Source: an uncultured Alphaproteobacteria bacterium (GTDB lineage: Bacteria > Pseudomonadota > Alphaproteobacteria > Rhizobiales > Hyphomicrobiaceae). From it: a stretch of DNA of 64,000 nucleotides. The notes beneath the pieces are model-generated. The model did no database searches and was not told where the DNA came from. It was given only the letters and a program-made list of their open reading frames with translations. How positions within the stretch are numbered: position 1 is the first letter of the stretch; the number at the start of each line of letters is the position of its first letter. Location: the NCBI GenBank assembly GCA_963832445.1, contig CAWHUM010000026.1, forward strand, positions 232,517 through 296,516, in the 5' to 3' direction. Below, piece after piece: positions 19,066 through 28,623 of the stretch. Made by a program: the position numbers and the translations under genes.

Positions 19066-19866
19066 TCAGGTTGCGCCGTGGGTGCGGGGAATTGGGCGAC
19101 TGCCGCGCTCAGGGAGGAGTGCCCTGGTCTTCCTGGTGAGCATGTTGAGCAGGAATCCTGGTGCAATGCGCGATCCCGTCAGCAGTACCTTTGCAAGTCC
19201 GACAGGCACTTCCTCCCGACCCGCATCAAGGCCAGCCATGGCAGCTGACACGAACGCGTCAAGCTTCATTGCCGGTGGAGGTTTGACGGACAAAGTGCGG
19301 TCGAGCGCGGTTTCGACCGCTGGGGGGATGATTTCGATGACCTTCACGCCCGTTCCGCGCAGCTGGGTGCGCAGCGAGACCGTGAACGAATGAGTGGCGG
19401 CCTTTGTTGCCGAGTAGATTGGCGCGAATACGAGCGGCACAAAGCCGAGCCCCGATCCAATGTGAACAAGCCGCGCCGTGGACTGCTGCTTGAGCAGCGG
19501 CAGGAAAGCGTTTGTCACGTAAATCAGCCCTTTGAGATTGACATCGATCTCCTCAGCGATCTCCTCGGGACGGTATGCTTCCGCTCGACCAAAGTCGATC
19601 AATCGGCGAATGCCGGCGTTGTTGATCACCACGTTCAAGCCGGGATGCCTCTCCGACACGCGCTCCACGCATGCCGCGACGTCGGCCGCGTTCGAGACTT
19701 CGAGATCCTCGATTTCCATGCCTGGATGTCGGGCCGCGACAGCTTCCAGTTTTTCCCTCGTGCGTCCGGCGATGATCACACGAGCGCCGCGTGCATGAAA
19801 GGCCTCCGCCAGCCCCATGCCGATGCCGGAACCGCCCCCAGTTACAAACACAACGTCGCGAGCCAT
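19066..19866 (-). CDS. SDR family oxidoreductase
   Basis: 'VFVTGGGSGIG', 'NNAGI' and 'YSATK' motifs. Confidence 0.85.
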   Translation of the reverse strand: MARDVVFVTGGGSGIGMGLAEAFHARGARVIIAGRTREKLEAVAARHPGMEIEDLEVSNAADVAACVERVSERHPGLNVVINNAGIRRLIDFGRAEAYRPEEIAEEIDVNLKGLIYVTNAFLPLLKQQSTARLVHIGSGLGFVPLVFAPIYSATKAATHSFTVSLRTQLRGTGVKVIEIIPPAVETALDRTLSVKPPPAMKLDAFVSAAMAGLDAGREEVPVGLAKVLLTGSRIAPGFLLNMLTRKTRALLPERGSRPIPRTHGAT

Positions 19867-19942
19867 GGTTGATCCGTTTGCTGCAGCAAGATGCTGTTGC
19901 GCTATTCATCATCGCGACGAACCAAGAGGGCTTTGATCGAGG

Positions 19943-20338
19943 TCAAGCGTGCGGAACGACCGCGGTCGCCTCGATCTCGACCTTGGCGCGGTCCTCCACC
20001 AGCGCCACCACCTGCACGAGCGTCATGGCGGGGAAGTGCCGGCCGAGCACGCGGCGGTAGGCGGCACCCACCTCCTTCAGGCGGCTGACATACTCGCCCT
20101 TGTCGGTGACGTACCAGGTGAGGCGCACGATGTGCTTGGGCGTCGCGCCGGCCTCGGCCAGCACCTCGACGATGTTCTTGAGCGCCTGCTCGACCTGGGC
20201 GACGAAATCGTCAGTTGTGAACTGCTGGTCCGGCCCCCAGCCGACCTGGCCTGCGACGAATACCTGGCGGCCCTCGGCGGCGATGCCGTTGGCAAAGCCT
20301 TTGGCCGGGGCCCAGTGTTTGGGATGCAGCGGCTGCAT
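19943..20338 (-). CDS. RidA/YjgF family protein
   Basis: 131 aa from 'MQPLHPKHWAPAKGFANG..', ending '..VEIEATAVV'. An alternative ATG lies at 20404. Confidence 0.85.
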   Translation of the reverse strand: MQPLHPKHWAPAKGFANGIAAEGRQVFVAGQVGWGPDQQFTTDDFVAQVEQALKNIVEVLAEAGATPKHIVRLTWYVTDKGEYVSRLKEVGAAYRRVLGRHFPAMTLVQVVALVEDRAKVEIEATAVVPHA

Positions 20339-20475
20339 GGGAGCGCTCGCGTCAATTGTGGTTGTGGCCCCGACATAAGAATTGCTGCTATGCACTCTGT
20401 CCATCGAAACCGGAAAAGGGCGCCCATGCCCATGTTCAAGGCCGCGATCGCGTGCCCGCCACGGTGCCGCACACC

Positions 20476-21426
20476 ATGATCGTCCTCGAGGGCATCGGCA
20501 ACGCGCCGCCCGAGGCGCGCCGGGCGTCGCTGGCGATCGGCAACTTCGACGGCGTCCACCGCGGCCACCGGGCGCTGCTCGAGGCGGCGAAGAGCGCGGC
20601 GGCGGCAAGCGGCGGCAAAGCCGGCGTGATCCTGTTCGAGCCCAATCCGCGCGAGTTCTTCCAGCCCGACAAGCCGCATTTCCGCCTGACCCCGCTGCCG
20701 CGCAAGCTGGAGCTCATCGAGGCGTCCGGCCTCGATCTCGCAGTGGTGCTGCGCTTCGATCGGGCGCTGGCTGAGCTTTCGGCCGACGCCTTCATCGACG
20801 AGGTGCTGGTTCAGGGCCTCAGCGTCGCGCACGTGGTGATCGGCTATGACTTCCGCTTCGGCAAGGGCCGCACCGGCGATCCCGAGATGCTGCGCAGCGC
20901 CGGGGCGGCGCGCGGCTTCGGCGTGACGGTGGTGGCGCAGGTCGCGGGCGGCGGCGAGGTTTTCTCGTCGAGCGCCATTCGCGCCGAGCTGGCCCAGGGG
21001 GACGTCAAGGGCGCAGCCGAGATGCTGGGGCACTATTGGCGCGTCACCGGCACGGTCATCGGCGGGGCCAAACGCGGCACGATCCTTGGGTTTCCGACGG
21101 CCAACATCGCCTTGGCGCCCAACACGGCGCTGGCCCACGGCATCTATGCGGTGCGCGTCACCGCCGACGGCAAGACCCATTCCGGCGCCGCCTATCTCGG
21201 CACGCGTCCGACCTTCGACGACGGTGCGCCGCTGCTGGAGGTGTTCCTGTTCGATTTCCACGGCGACCTCTATGGCCGCGAGATCGCAGTCGATTTCATC
21301 GACCACATTCGCGCCGACCGCCGCTTCGACAGCGCGGAGGCGCTGAAGGCGCAGATGCAGCGCGATTGCGACCGCGCGCGCGCCATTCTCGAACGCGCGC
21401 CGAGCCAGCCGGTCGACCGGTCCTGA
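20476..21426 (+). CDS. ribF: bifunctional riboflavin kinase / FAD synthetase
   Basis: 'AIGNFDGVHRGH', 'GFPTANI' and 'RPTF' motifs. ATG at 20476 lies inside ORF 20356..21426. Confidence 0.9.
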   Translation: MIVLEGIGNAPPEARRASLAIGNFDGVHRGHRALLEAAKSAAAASGGKAGVILFEPNPREFFQPDKPHFRLTPLPRKLELIEASGLDLAVVLRFDRALAELSADAFIDEVLVQGLSVAHVVIGYDFRFGKGRTGDPEMLRSAGAARGFGVTVVAQVAGGGEVFSSSAIRAELAQGDVKGAAEMLGHYWRVTGTVIGGAKRGTILGFPTANIALAPNTALAHGIYAVRVTADGKTHSGAAYLGTRPTFDDGAPLLEVFLFDFHGDLYGREIAVDFIDHIRADRRFDSAEALKAQMQRDCDRARAILERAPSQPVDRS

Positions 21427-21826
21427 CCCCGGTGCCCATGGCGAATGCACCCGTCGTCATGGGTCCAGGAAGCTTGGTGGGGCCACGGGCGCGCTCTGCA
21501 CCGGGGTTGGGTACTGCCGGGGTCCCCTTGCAACCTCGGCTAGCAATCCCTGTCAGGTGCTTGTTGCAGTTTTATCACAAGCAAATAAACGTTACGTGTT
21601 GTCCCAGGTTTTCACATGGTCGCTGCGACTGGAGCGCGGCTAGGTTGCTTGTCGGGGTTCTGTGTTTTGCGTCGGAGAAGCCTGTGGACGAGAATTGGGA
21701 TCGAGTGCTCGGCAGCGTCGGAGTTGTTGCCACGATGATCACGGTGCTGGGCCTGCTCTGGCTGACCTGACCATAAGGCTAGGGCACTGCCGGATTCTTC
21801 CCGCTACCGCTCTCGACCGTTACTCC

Positions 21827-21862
21827 CGGCATTCCAACGAGTAAACACGGCATTCCAACGAG
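21827..21862. promoter_or_regulatory. two exact 15-nt direct repeats, 21-nt period
   Basis: 'cggcattccaacgag' occurs at 21827-21841 and again at 21848-21862, about 245 nt upstream of ileS. Confidence 0.35.
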
Positions 21863-22103
21863 AAGTGAAGCCACCGGCGCGCGCCGGCATTCGCCGCAAA
21901 GGCTGAGTAGACCGCGGGCACGTTGAATCGGGCATGCGGTTGCTCTGGACGTGCGCCGCGGCTACAACACGGCCCATGTCGCGATTCACGGCCAAGCCGA
22001 TGCGAATTACGGGCCCGGTCGCCCTGGCCTGAGGCCGAAGGCGCCCGGGGCTTCGCCCGTGCCTCGAGTGCACCGCATCAGCTAGTCACAAGACGGCATC
22101 CCC

Positions 22104-25100
22104 ATGACCTTGACCCAACCTGCCTCGCGCGATTGGAGCGCGACCCTGTTTCTGCCCAAGACCGGCTTCCCGATGAAGGCCGGGCTGCCGCAGCTCGAGC
22201 CCAGGCTGCTCGACCGCTGGGCCAAGCTCGGCATGTACAAGCGCCTGCGCCAGAAGGCCAAGGGCCGACCCAAGTTCGTCCTGCACGACGGGCCGCCCTA
22301 CGCCAACGGCAACATCCACATCGGCACGGCGCTCAACAAGATCCTGAAGGACATGGTGACGCGCAGCCAGCAGATGCTGGGCTTCGATAGCAACTACGTG
22401 CCGGGCTGGGACTGCCACGGCCTGCCGATCGAGTGGAAGATCGAGGAGCAATACCGCGCCAAGGGCCAGGACAAGGACGCGGTGCCGGTCGTGGAGTTCC
22501 GCAAGCAGTGCCGCGAGTTCGCCGAGCACTGGATCGGCGTGCAGCGCGAGGAGTTCAAGCGGCTGGGCGTCGAGGGCGACTGGCAGCACTACTACTCCAC
22601 CATGGCCTACAAGGCCGAGGGCACGATCGCGGCTGAGCTGATGAAGTTCGCCATGAACGGCGGGCTCTACCGCGGCTCCAAGCCGGTGATGTGGAGCGTA
22701 GTGGAGAAGACGGCGCTGGCGGAGGCCGAGGTCGAGTACCACGACTACACGAGCGATACAGTGTGGGTGAAGTTTCCTGTCGCACCTCACAAGTATGCCC
22801 CGCCATTTGTCGGCGCTGAGAGTCCCGGCACGCCCGTCCCCGACTGGGTCAACGTCAGAAACAAATACAAAGACGCTTCGATCGTTATCTGGACCACCAC
22901 GCCGTGGACCATCCCTGGTAACCGCGCCATCAGCTATTCGAACAAGATTGCATACGGTCTATATCGCGTGACAGAGGCACCTGAAGGAAATTGGGCGCGT
23001 ACAGGCGACCAGCTTGTCTTGGCTGACAAACTGGCCGAGCGCGTGATGAAGGCCGCGAAGGTGGTAGCCTATGAGGCCATCGGGCCAGTAACGTCACAAG
23101 AGTTAGCATCCATCGTCTGCGATCATCCGCTGGCGGCATTCGATCGGGGTTACAAATTTCACGTCCCGCTCCTCGAAGGCGACCACGTCACCGACGAGGA
23201 CGGCACCGGGTTCGTGCACACCGCACCCGGCCACGGCCGCGAGGACTTCGAGGTCTGGACGGCGAACACCGCCAGGCTGCGCGAGCGCGGCATCGACCCG
23301 ACCATCCCCTTCACCGTCGACGCCGACGGGTGCTTCACCAAGGAGGCGCCGGGCTTCGAAGGCAAACGCGTCATCGACGACAAGGGCAACAAGGGCGACG
23401 CCAACGACGCCGTCATCACTGCGTTGAAAGACGCCGGCATGCTGATCGCGCGCGGCCGCCTCAAGCACCAGTATCCGCACTCGTGGCGCTCCAAGAGGCC
23501 CGTCATCTTCCGCAATACGCCGCAATGGTTCATCGCCATGGACCAGGCCCTGAGGATGCCGGGCCAGGGCGGCAATCAAACCCTGCGCGAAGCGGCGCTC
23601 AAGGCCATTGCCGAGACCGAGTTCGTGCCGCTGTCGGGCCAAAACCGCCTGCGCGGCATGATCGAGGCGCGCCCGGACTGGGTGATCTCGCGCCAGCGCG
23701 CCTGGGGCGTGCCCATCACCGTGTTCCAGCACAAGGAAACCGGCGAGGTGATCCCCTCGGCCAAGTTCTCCCAGTCCGGGGAGCTGATGGCGCGCATCCG
23801 CGCCGCGATCACCGAGAAGGGCGCCGATGCCTGGTTCGAAAAGGGCGCGCGGGAGCGCTTCCTCGCCGGCCTCGTCGACAACCCGGCCGATTGGGAGCAG
23901 GCGACCGACATTCTCGACGTGTGGTTCGATTCCGGCTCCACCCACACCTTCACCCTGGAGGACCCCGAGGCCTTCCCGCAGCTCGCCGGCATCCGCCGCC
24001 AGCGCGACGGCGGCCGCGACCGCGTCATGTACCTGGAAGGCTCCGACCAGCACCGCGGCTGGTTCCAGTCCTCGCTGCTCGAGAGCTGCGGCACGCGCGG
24101 GCGCGCGCCCTTCGACATGGTGCTCACGCACGGCTTCATCCTCGACGAGAAAGGCGAGGAGAAGATGTCGAAGTCCAAGGGCAACACACTCTCCCCGCAG
24201 GACCTGATGAAGACCTCGGGCGCCGACATCCTGCGCCTGTGGGTGGCGTCTGCCGACTACACGGGCGACATCCGCTTCGGACCAACGGTGCTGCAGGGCA
24301 CCGCCGAGTCCTATCGCAAGCTCAGGAACACCTTGCGCTGGATGCTCGGCACGCTCGCCCACCACGAGGGCCGGCAGAAGGTGGCGGTCGCTACCATGCC
24401 GGAGCTCGAGCAGTTCATGCTGCATCGCCTTGTCGAGCTCGACGAGGTCGTGCGCAAGGCCTATGCGGAGTACGACTACAAGCGCGTGGTGGCGGTGCTG
24501 TCGCATTTCATGAACACCGACCTCTCCGCCTTCTACTTCGACATCCGCAAGGACGCGCTCTACTGCGAGCCCTATTCCAGCGCCAAGCGCAAGGCGGCGC
24601 TGGAGACCATCGAGCAGATTTTCCGCTGCACCACCCTGTGGCTGGCGCCGCTCCTGTGCTTCACCGCCGAGGAGGCATGGCTGGCGCGCTATCCCTCCGA
24701 GGACGGCTCCGTGCACCTGGAGACCTTCCCGGAGGTGCCCAAGTCCTGGCGCAACGACGCGCTTGCCGCGGACTGGGAGGCGATCAAGCGCGTGCGGCGC
24801 GTGGTGACGGGCGCACTCGAGATCGAGCGCGCCAGCAAGAAGATCGGCTCGTCGCTGGAGGCGGCGCCGCAGGTCTATGTCAAGGACGACGAGCTGCTCT
24901 CCGCGCTGGAGGGCGTCGATTTCGCCGAGGTGTGCATCACCTCGGGGATCGAGGTGATCGACGGCGAGGCACCGGACGGCGCCTTTACGCTCGCCGACGT
25001 CGCCGATGTGGGCGTGGTGCCGAGGAAAGCCACCGGCACCAAATGTGCGCGCTCCTGGCGCTTCACGGACGATGTCGGCAGCGACCCGGACTATCCGGAA

Positions 25101-25163
25101 CTCTCCGCCCGCGACGCAGCCGCCGTGCGCGAGTTCGATGCGCGTGCGGGGGCCCCGCGTTGA
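22104..25163 (+). CDS. ileS: isoleucine--tRNA ligase
   Basis: 1019 aa. HIGH motif '[13 protein letters not shown]' and the 'KMSKS' loop are present. No frame breaks. Confidence 0.97.
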   Translation: MTLTQPASRDWSATLFLPKTGFPMKAGLPQLEPRLLDRWAKLGMYKRLRQKAKGRPKFVLHDGPPYANGNIHIGTALNKILKDMVTRSQQMLGFDSNYVPGWDCHGLPIEWKIEEQYRAKGQDKDAVPVVEFRKQCREFAEHWIGVQREEFKRLGVEGDWQHYYSTMAYKAEGTIAAELMKFAMNGGLYRGSKPVMWSVVEKTALAEAEVEYHDYTSDTVWVKFPVAPHKYAPPFVGAESPGTPVPDWVNVRNKYKDASIVIWTTTPWTIPGNRAISYSNKIAYGLYRVTEAPEGNWARTGDQLVLADKLAERVMKAAKVVAYEAIGPVTSQELASIVCDHPLAAFDRGYKFHVPLLEGDHVTDEDGTGFVHTAPGHGREDFEVWTANTARLRERGIDPTIPFTVDADGCFTKEAPGFEGKRVIDDKGNKGDANDAVITALKDAGMLIARGRLKHQYPHSWRSKRPVIFRNTPQWFIAMDQALRMPGQGGNQTLREAALKAIAETEFVPLSGQNRLRGMIEARPDWVISRQRAWGVPITVFQHKETGEVIPSAKFSQSGELMARIRAAITEKGADAWFEKGARERFLAGLVDNPADWEQATDILDVWFDSGSTHTFTLEDPEAFPQLAGIRRQRDGGRDRVMYLEGSDQHRGWFQSSLLESCGTRGRAPFDMVLTHGFILDEKGEEKMSKSKGNTLSPQDLMKTSGADILRLWVASADYTGDIRFGPTVLQGTAESYRKLRNTLRWMLGTLAHHEGRQKVAVATMPELEQFMLHRLVELDEVVRKAYAEYDYKRVVAVLSHFMNTDLSAFYFDIRKDALYCEPYSSAKRKAALETIEQIFRCTTLWLAPLLCFTAEEAWLARYPSEDGSVHLETFPEVPKSWRNDALAADWEAIKRVRRVVTGALEIERASKKIGSSLEAAPQVYVKDDELLSALEGVDFAEVCITSGIEVIDGEAPDGAFTLADVADVGVVPRKATGTKCARSWRFTDDVGSDPDYPELSARDAAAVREFDARAGAPR

Positions 25164-25196
25164 CCGCCGGCCGCCTTTGCACTACACGTGTGCTGC

Positions 25197-25529
25197 ATGA
25201 ACAAGATGAGCAAGAGCGAGGTCTACAGCTGGCGTCTTGCTCGAGACCTCAAGATGCAGCTCGAGGCCGCCGCCAGGGATGAAAAGACCAGTGTCGGCGC
25301 TGTTCTCGAGCGCGTGGTTCGGGAGTGGCTGAAGAGCCGGGCGAGCCTCGACGAGGATGAGGCCGAGCAGCAGCGCCGGCTGCGCGAGCGGGTTCTGAAG
25401 GCGGCAGGCACGATTTCCGTCGATCTGGGCGGCTCGGCAACGAACGAGCGCGTGCGGGAAGTCATGGGCGAGTACCTGATGAAAAAGTATCGTGCGAGCC
25501 AGCGGCGTGCCCCCAAGCGAGCTCGTTGA
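25197..25529 (+). CDS. ribbon-helix-helix type antitoxin (VapB-like)
   Basis: About 110 aa, 'SEVYSWRLARDLKMQLEAAARDEKTSVGAVLERVV'. It overlaps the downstream PIN gene. Start is 25197 or 25206. Confidence 0.6.
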   Translation: MNKMSKSEVYSWRLARDLKMQLEAAARDEKTSVGAVLERVVREWLKSRASLDEDEAEQQRRLRERVLKAAGTISVDLGGSATNERVREVMGEYLMKKYRASQRRAPKRAR

Positions 25530-25926
25530 TACCGGTGCTCTGCTTGCCGCGGTCAACAGACGGGATCGCTGGCATGAAGCCTGCCTTGCCGCCCTGCGAG
25601 TTGCTAACCTGCCGCTCGTGACAACCACCGCAGTGTTGACCGAAACATTTTATTTCGCCTCCAAGGGTAGAGGTCTAGTAGAGCGCACATGGGATTTCGT
25701 TCGCGCCGGCGGAATTACCATCGCACCGATCTCGGATGCAGACCTGCCAGCCCTTGAGTCCCTCATGGCCCGCTACGCCGACCGGCCCATGGATTTCGCC
25801 GATGCCACGCTCGTGCATGTGGCCGAGCGGGAGGGCCTCAAGACCATCCTCACCATCGACCGCGACGATTTCGAAACCTATCACATTGGACGCAACGCCA
25901 AGTTCCGGATATTACCCGCGCGCTGA
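25492..25926 (+). CDS. vapC: PIN-domain toxin (VapC family)
   Basis: 'LVDTGALLA', 'TTTAVLTE' and 'MDFADATLV' supply the PIN acidic residues. GTG starts are possible at 25492 or 25507. Confidence 0.8.
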   Translation: MRASGVPPSELVDTGALLAAVNRRDRWHEACLAALRVANLPLVTTTAVLTETFYFASKGRGLVERTWDFVRAGGITIAPISDADLPALESLMARYADRPMDFADATLVHVAEREGLKTILTIDRDDFETYHIGRNAKFRILPAR

Positions 25927-25969
25927 TCTGACACCCCGCGAAAGTCCCGCGGCTCCGGCCGGAAAGGCG

Positions 25970-26554
25970 ATGGAGGCAATGCAAGGAAAACCCTGGCTAT
26001 GGGGGCCTCTGTCGCCGTTGGGGATCGGGCTCGCCGCCCTGACCCTGGCCGTCGACCAGGCGCACAAATGGTGGATGCTGCTCGTCTACCGCATCGAGGA
26101 TCGGGGCCGGGTCGCGGTCACCCCCTTCCTCGATCTCGTGTACGTCAAGAACCTCGGCATCAGCTATGGCCTGTTCCTGCAGGAAAGCCGCTGGGGGCAA
26201 TGGCTCTTGACCGGCTTTGCCGTTGTGGCGGTGCTCGCCATGGCCGTCTGGCTCGCCCGCTGGGTCGTCGACAGGGTCGTCGCCGTCAGCCTCGGGCTCA
26301 TCATGGGGGGGGCCATCAGCAACGCCGTCGACCGCCTGGTGCTGGGGGGAGTAGCCGACTTCTTCTCGCTGCATGCCTTCGGTTTTTACTGGTACGTATT
26401 CAATATTGCAGATGCAGCCATTGTTGCCGGGGTCTGCGGGCTCCTGTATGACTCGTTGGTCCCGAGTTCGCAATCGCGCCTCAAAGTCGCCGTAAGCCCT
26501 TGGCGAGACACTGACTTGGGGGACAGATGGAGATGCCGTTGCTCTATCGCCTAA
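25970..26554 (+). CDS. lspA: signal peptidase II
   Basis: 'NLGISYGLF', 'NAVDRLVLGGVADFF' and 'FNIADAAI' motifs. ATG at 25970 lies inside ORF 25736..26554. Confidence 0.9.
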   Translation: MEAMQGKPWLWGPLSPLGIGLAALTLAVDQAHKWWMLLVYRIEDRGRVAVTPFLDLVYVKNLGISYGLFLQESRWGQWLLTGFAVVAVLAMAVWLARWVVDRVVAVSLGLIMGGAISNAVDRLVLGGVADFFSLHAFGFYWYVFNIADAAIVAGVCGLLYDSLVPSSQSRLKVAVSPWRDTDLGDRWRCRCSIA

Positions 26555-26970
26555 GGCTGATCTCGACCGCTGCGGCGGTCGCGTCCGGGCTCGCCTTGGG
26601 CGGCTGCAGCAACATTGACGGTGTCGAGCTCAACGGCAAGCTGTTTGACATGATGGGCATCAGCTCTGCCTCTGATACGCGCTCGCGCGATCCCAAGATG
26701 GCGGACAGACCGCCGCTGGTGGTGCCGCCCAGCGTCGCGCGGCTGCCCGAGCCCGGATCGGGCAAAGGGACGTCGGAGGATTTGGCGGCGCTAAACGATC
26801 CAGAGCTGCGCAAGCAGGCAGCGGCGAAGGAGCGCGAGCGGCTCCATCTTGCCTATTGCCGCGGCGACCTGCAGTGGCGGGAAAAGGCGCTCGATCCCAA
26901 CGCCATCAACAAGAGCCCTTACGGTCCTTGTCCGAACATAGTCAACAACATCACGGGCAAGTCCAAATAG
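26527..26970 (+). CDS. lipoprotein (DUF3035-like)
   Basis: Lipobox 'LALGGC' near the N-terminus, 147 aa, overlapping the lspA 3' end. Confidence 0.7.
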   Translation: MEMPLLYRLRLISTAAAVASGLALGGCSNIDGVELNGKLFDMMGISSASDTRSRDPKMADRPPLVVPPSVARLPEPGSGKGTSEDLAALNDPELRKQAAAKERERLHLAYCRGDLQWREKALDPNAINKSPYGPCPNIVNNITGKSK

Positions 26971-27197
26971 CCAGCCACGTGCCGGTGCTGGTGGGCTTTG
27001 GAGGCGCAGACAGCGTCTCCCTTCCGTAACTCTTTGCCTCGACTTCTGCGGATCAACCGGCCTGTAGCGACATTAAGGGGTTGTCATTTGACTTGGGGCT
27101 CAGCAAGACCGGATACAGCCACGTTCGGGCCCGCTGCTCGGCGAGCCCTGTGGCAACCGGGGGCTTGCCTTGGCAAGGCGCCAGTTTCGCCCTCAGG

Positions 27198-28610
27198 ATG
27201 CATCGACCGATGTGGACACCAGGCAAGCGTCTTCTCCTCCTCCCGCTCGCGCTCATGCTGATCGCCCAGTACTCCACCTACGCCCGGGCCAATCCGGCCA
27301 CCCGCGTGAGCCAGTTCACATTGGCGAACGGCCTCGAGCTCGTCGTCGTGCCCGACACCCGCGCTCCTGTGGTCACGCAGATGCTCTACATTCGTGCGGG
27401 CTCTGCCGACGAGCCGCCGGGCGTGTCGGGCATCGCGCACTTCCTCGAGCACCTGATGTTCAAGTCGACGGAGAAGCTTGCCAGCGGCGAGTTCTCGGCG
27501 GTCGTCTCCCGCCTCGGCGGCCAGCACAACGCCTTCACCAACTACGACTACACCGCCTACTACGAGCGAGTAGCCAAGGACCGGCTGAAGGCGATCATGG
27601 CCATGGAAGCCGACCGCATGGCCAACCTGCGGCTCGGCGAGCGCGAGGTGGATAGCGAGCGGCAGGTGATCATCGAGGAGCGGCGGCTACGGATCGAAAA
27701 CGTGCCCGCGAGCCTGTTGTCGGAGCAGATGTCGGCGGCGCTCTATCAGAACCATCCCTACCGCATCCCCATCATCGGCTGGATGCACGAGATGGCAAAG
27801 CTCTCGCGCGAGGACGCGCTCGCCTTCTACAAGCGCTTCTACGCGCCCAACAACGCCATCGTCGTCATCACCGGCGACGTCAACGCCGCCGAGGTCAAGG
27901 CGCTGGCGGACGCGACCTACGGCGCCTTGCCGGCAAACCCGCAGGTCGGGTCCAGGGCGCGGCCGCAGGAGCCCGTGCAGATCGCCCCCCGGCGCGTCGA
28001 GTTCAAAGACCCGCGCGCGGGCAATGCGTCGGTGCGACGCTACTATCTGGCGCCCTCCATCACCAAGGCGGCGCCGGGCGAGGCGGAAGCGCTCTACCTC
28101 CTCATGAAGATCGCCGGCCTGGGTGGCACCAGCCGCCTCTACCAGAAGCTGGTGGTGGAGGAGAAGGTCGCTTCCACCGCTGGCGGCTGGTACAGCGGCA
28201 TGCAGCTCGACAGCGGCACGATCGGCCTCTACGGCGTGGCTGCCGAGGGCGTCTCCCTCGATAAGGTCGAGCAGGCGATCGACCGGGTCGTCCACGACCT
28301 GCGCGAGAACGGCGTCACCGAGGGCGAGATCGAGCGCGCCAAGAAGCAGTTCATCGCCGAGTTCGTTTTCGAATCCGACAGCCAGGAAACACTGGCGAGG
28401 CGCTATGGCAGCGGCCTGGCACTCGGCATGACGATCGACCAGATCAACAGCTGGCCGGACGAGATCGCCAAAGTCACGACCGCCCAGGTGAAGCAGGCCG
28501 CGACCAAGTATCTCGACATTCGCCGCTCGGTAACTGGAACGCTGATTCCCGGCAACTCTGGTCCGGAGAGCACGTCCCCGGCTCCGACCCCGGCGGCCAA
28601 GCGAAGCTGA
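27198..28610 (+). CDS. M16 family zinc peptidase (active HxxEH subunit)
   Basis: 'GIAHFLEHLMFKST' inverted zinc motif and a signal-like N-terminus. ATG at 27198 lies inside ORF 27081..28610. Confidence 0.9.
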   Translation: MHRPMWTPGKRLLLLPLALMLIAQYSTYARANPATRVSQFTLANGLELVVVPDTRAPVVTQMLYIRAGSADEPPGVSGIAHFLEHLMFKSTEKLASGEFSAVVSRLGGQHNAFTNYDYTAYYERVAKDRLKAIMAMEADRMANLRLGEREVDSERQVIIEERRLRIENVPASLLSEQMSAALYQNHPYRIPIIGWMHEMAKLSREDALAFYKRFYAPNNAIVVITGDVNAAEVKALADATYGALPANPQVGSRARPQEPVQIAPRRVEFKDPRAGNASVRRYYLAPSITKAAPGEAEALYLLMKIAGLGGTSRLYQKLVVEEKVASTAGGWYSGMQLDSGTIGLYGVAAEGVSLDKVEQAIDRVVHDLRENGVTEGEIERAKKQFIAEFVFESDSQETLARRYGSGLALGMTIDQINSWPDEIAKVTTAQVKQAATKYLDIRRSVTGTLIPGNSGPESTSPAPTPAAKRS

Positions 28611-28623
28611 GGCGGGTGGTAGC

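Noticed and set aside
21684-21770. 28-codon hydrophobic mini-ORF with GGAGA upstream in the ribF-ileS spacer.
   Set aside because: It is too short to support from sequence alone. It is mentioned within the spacer finding only.
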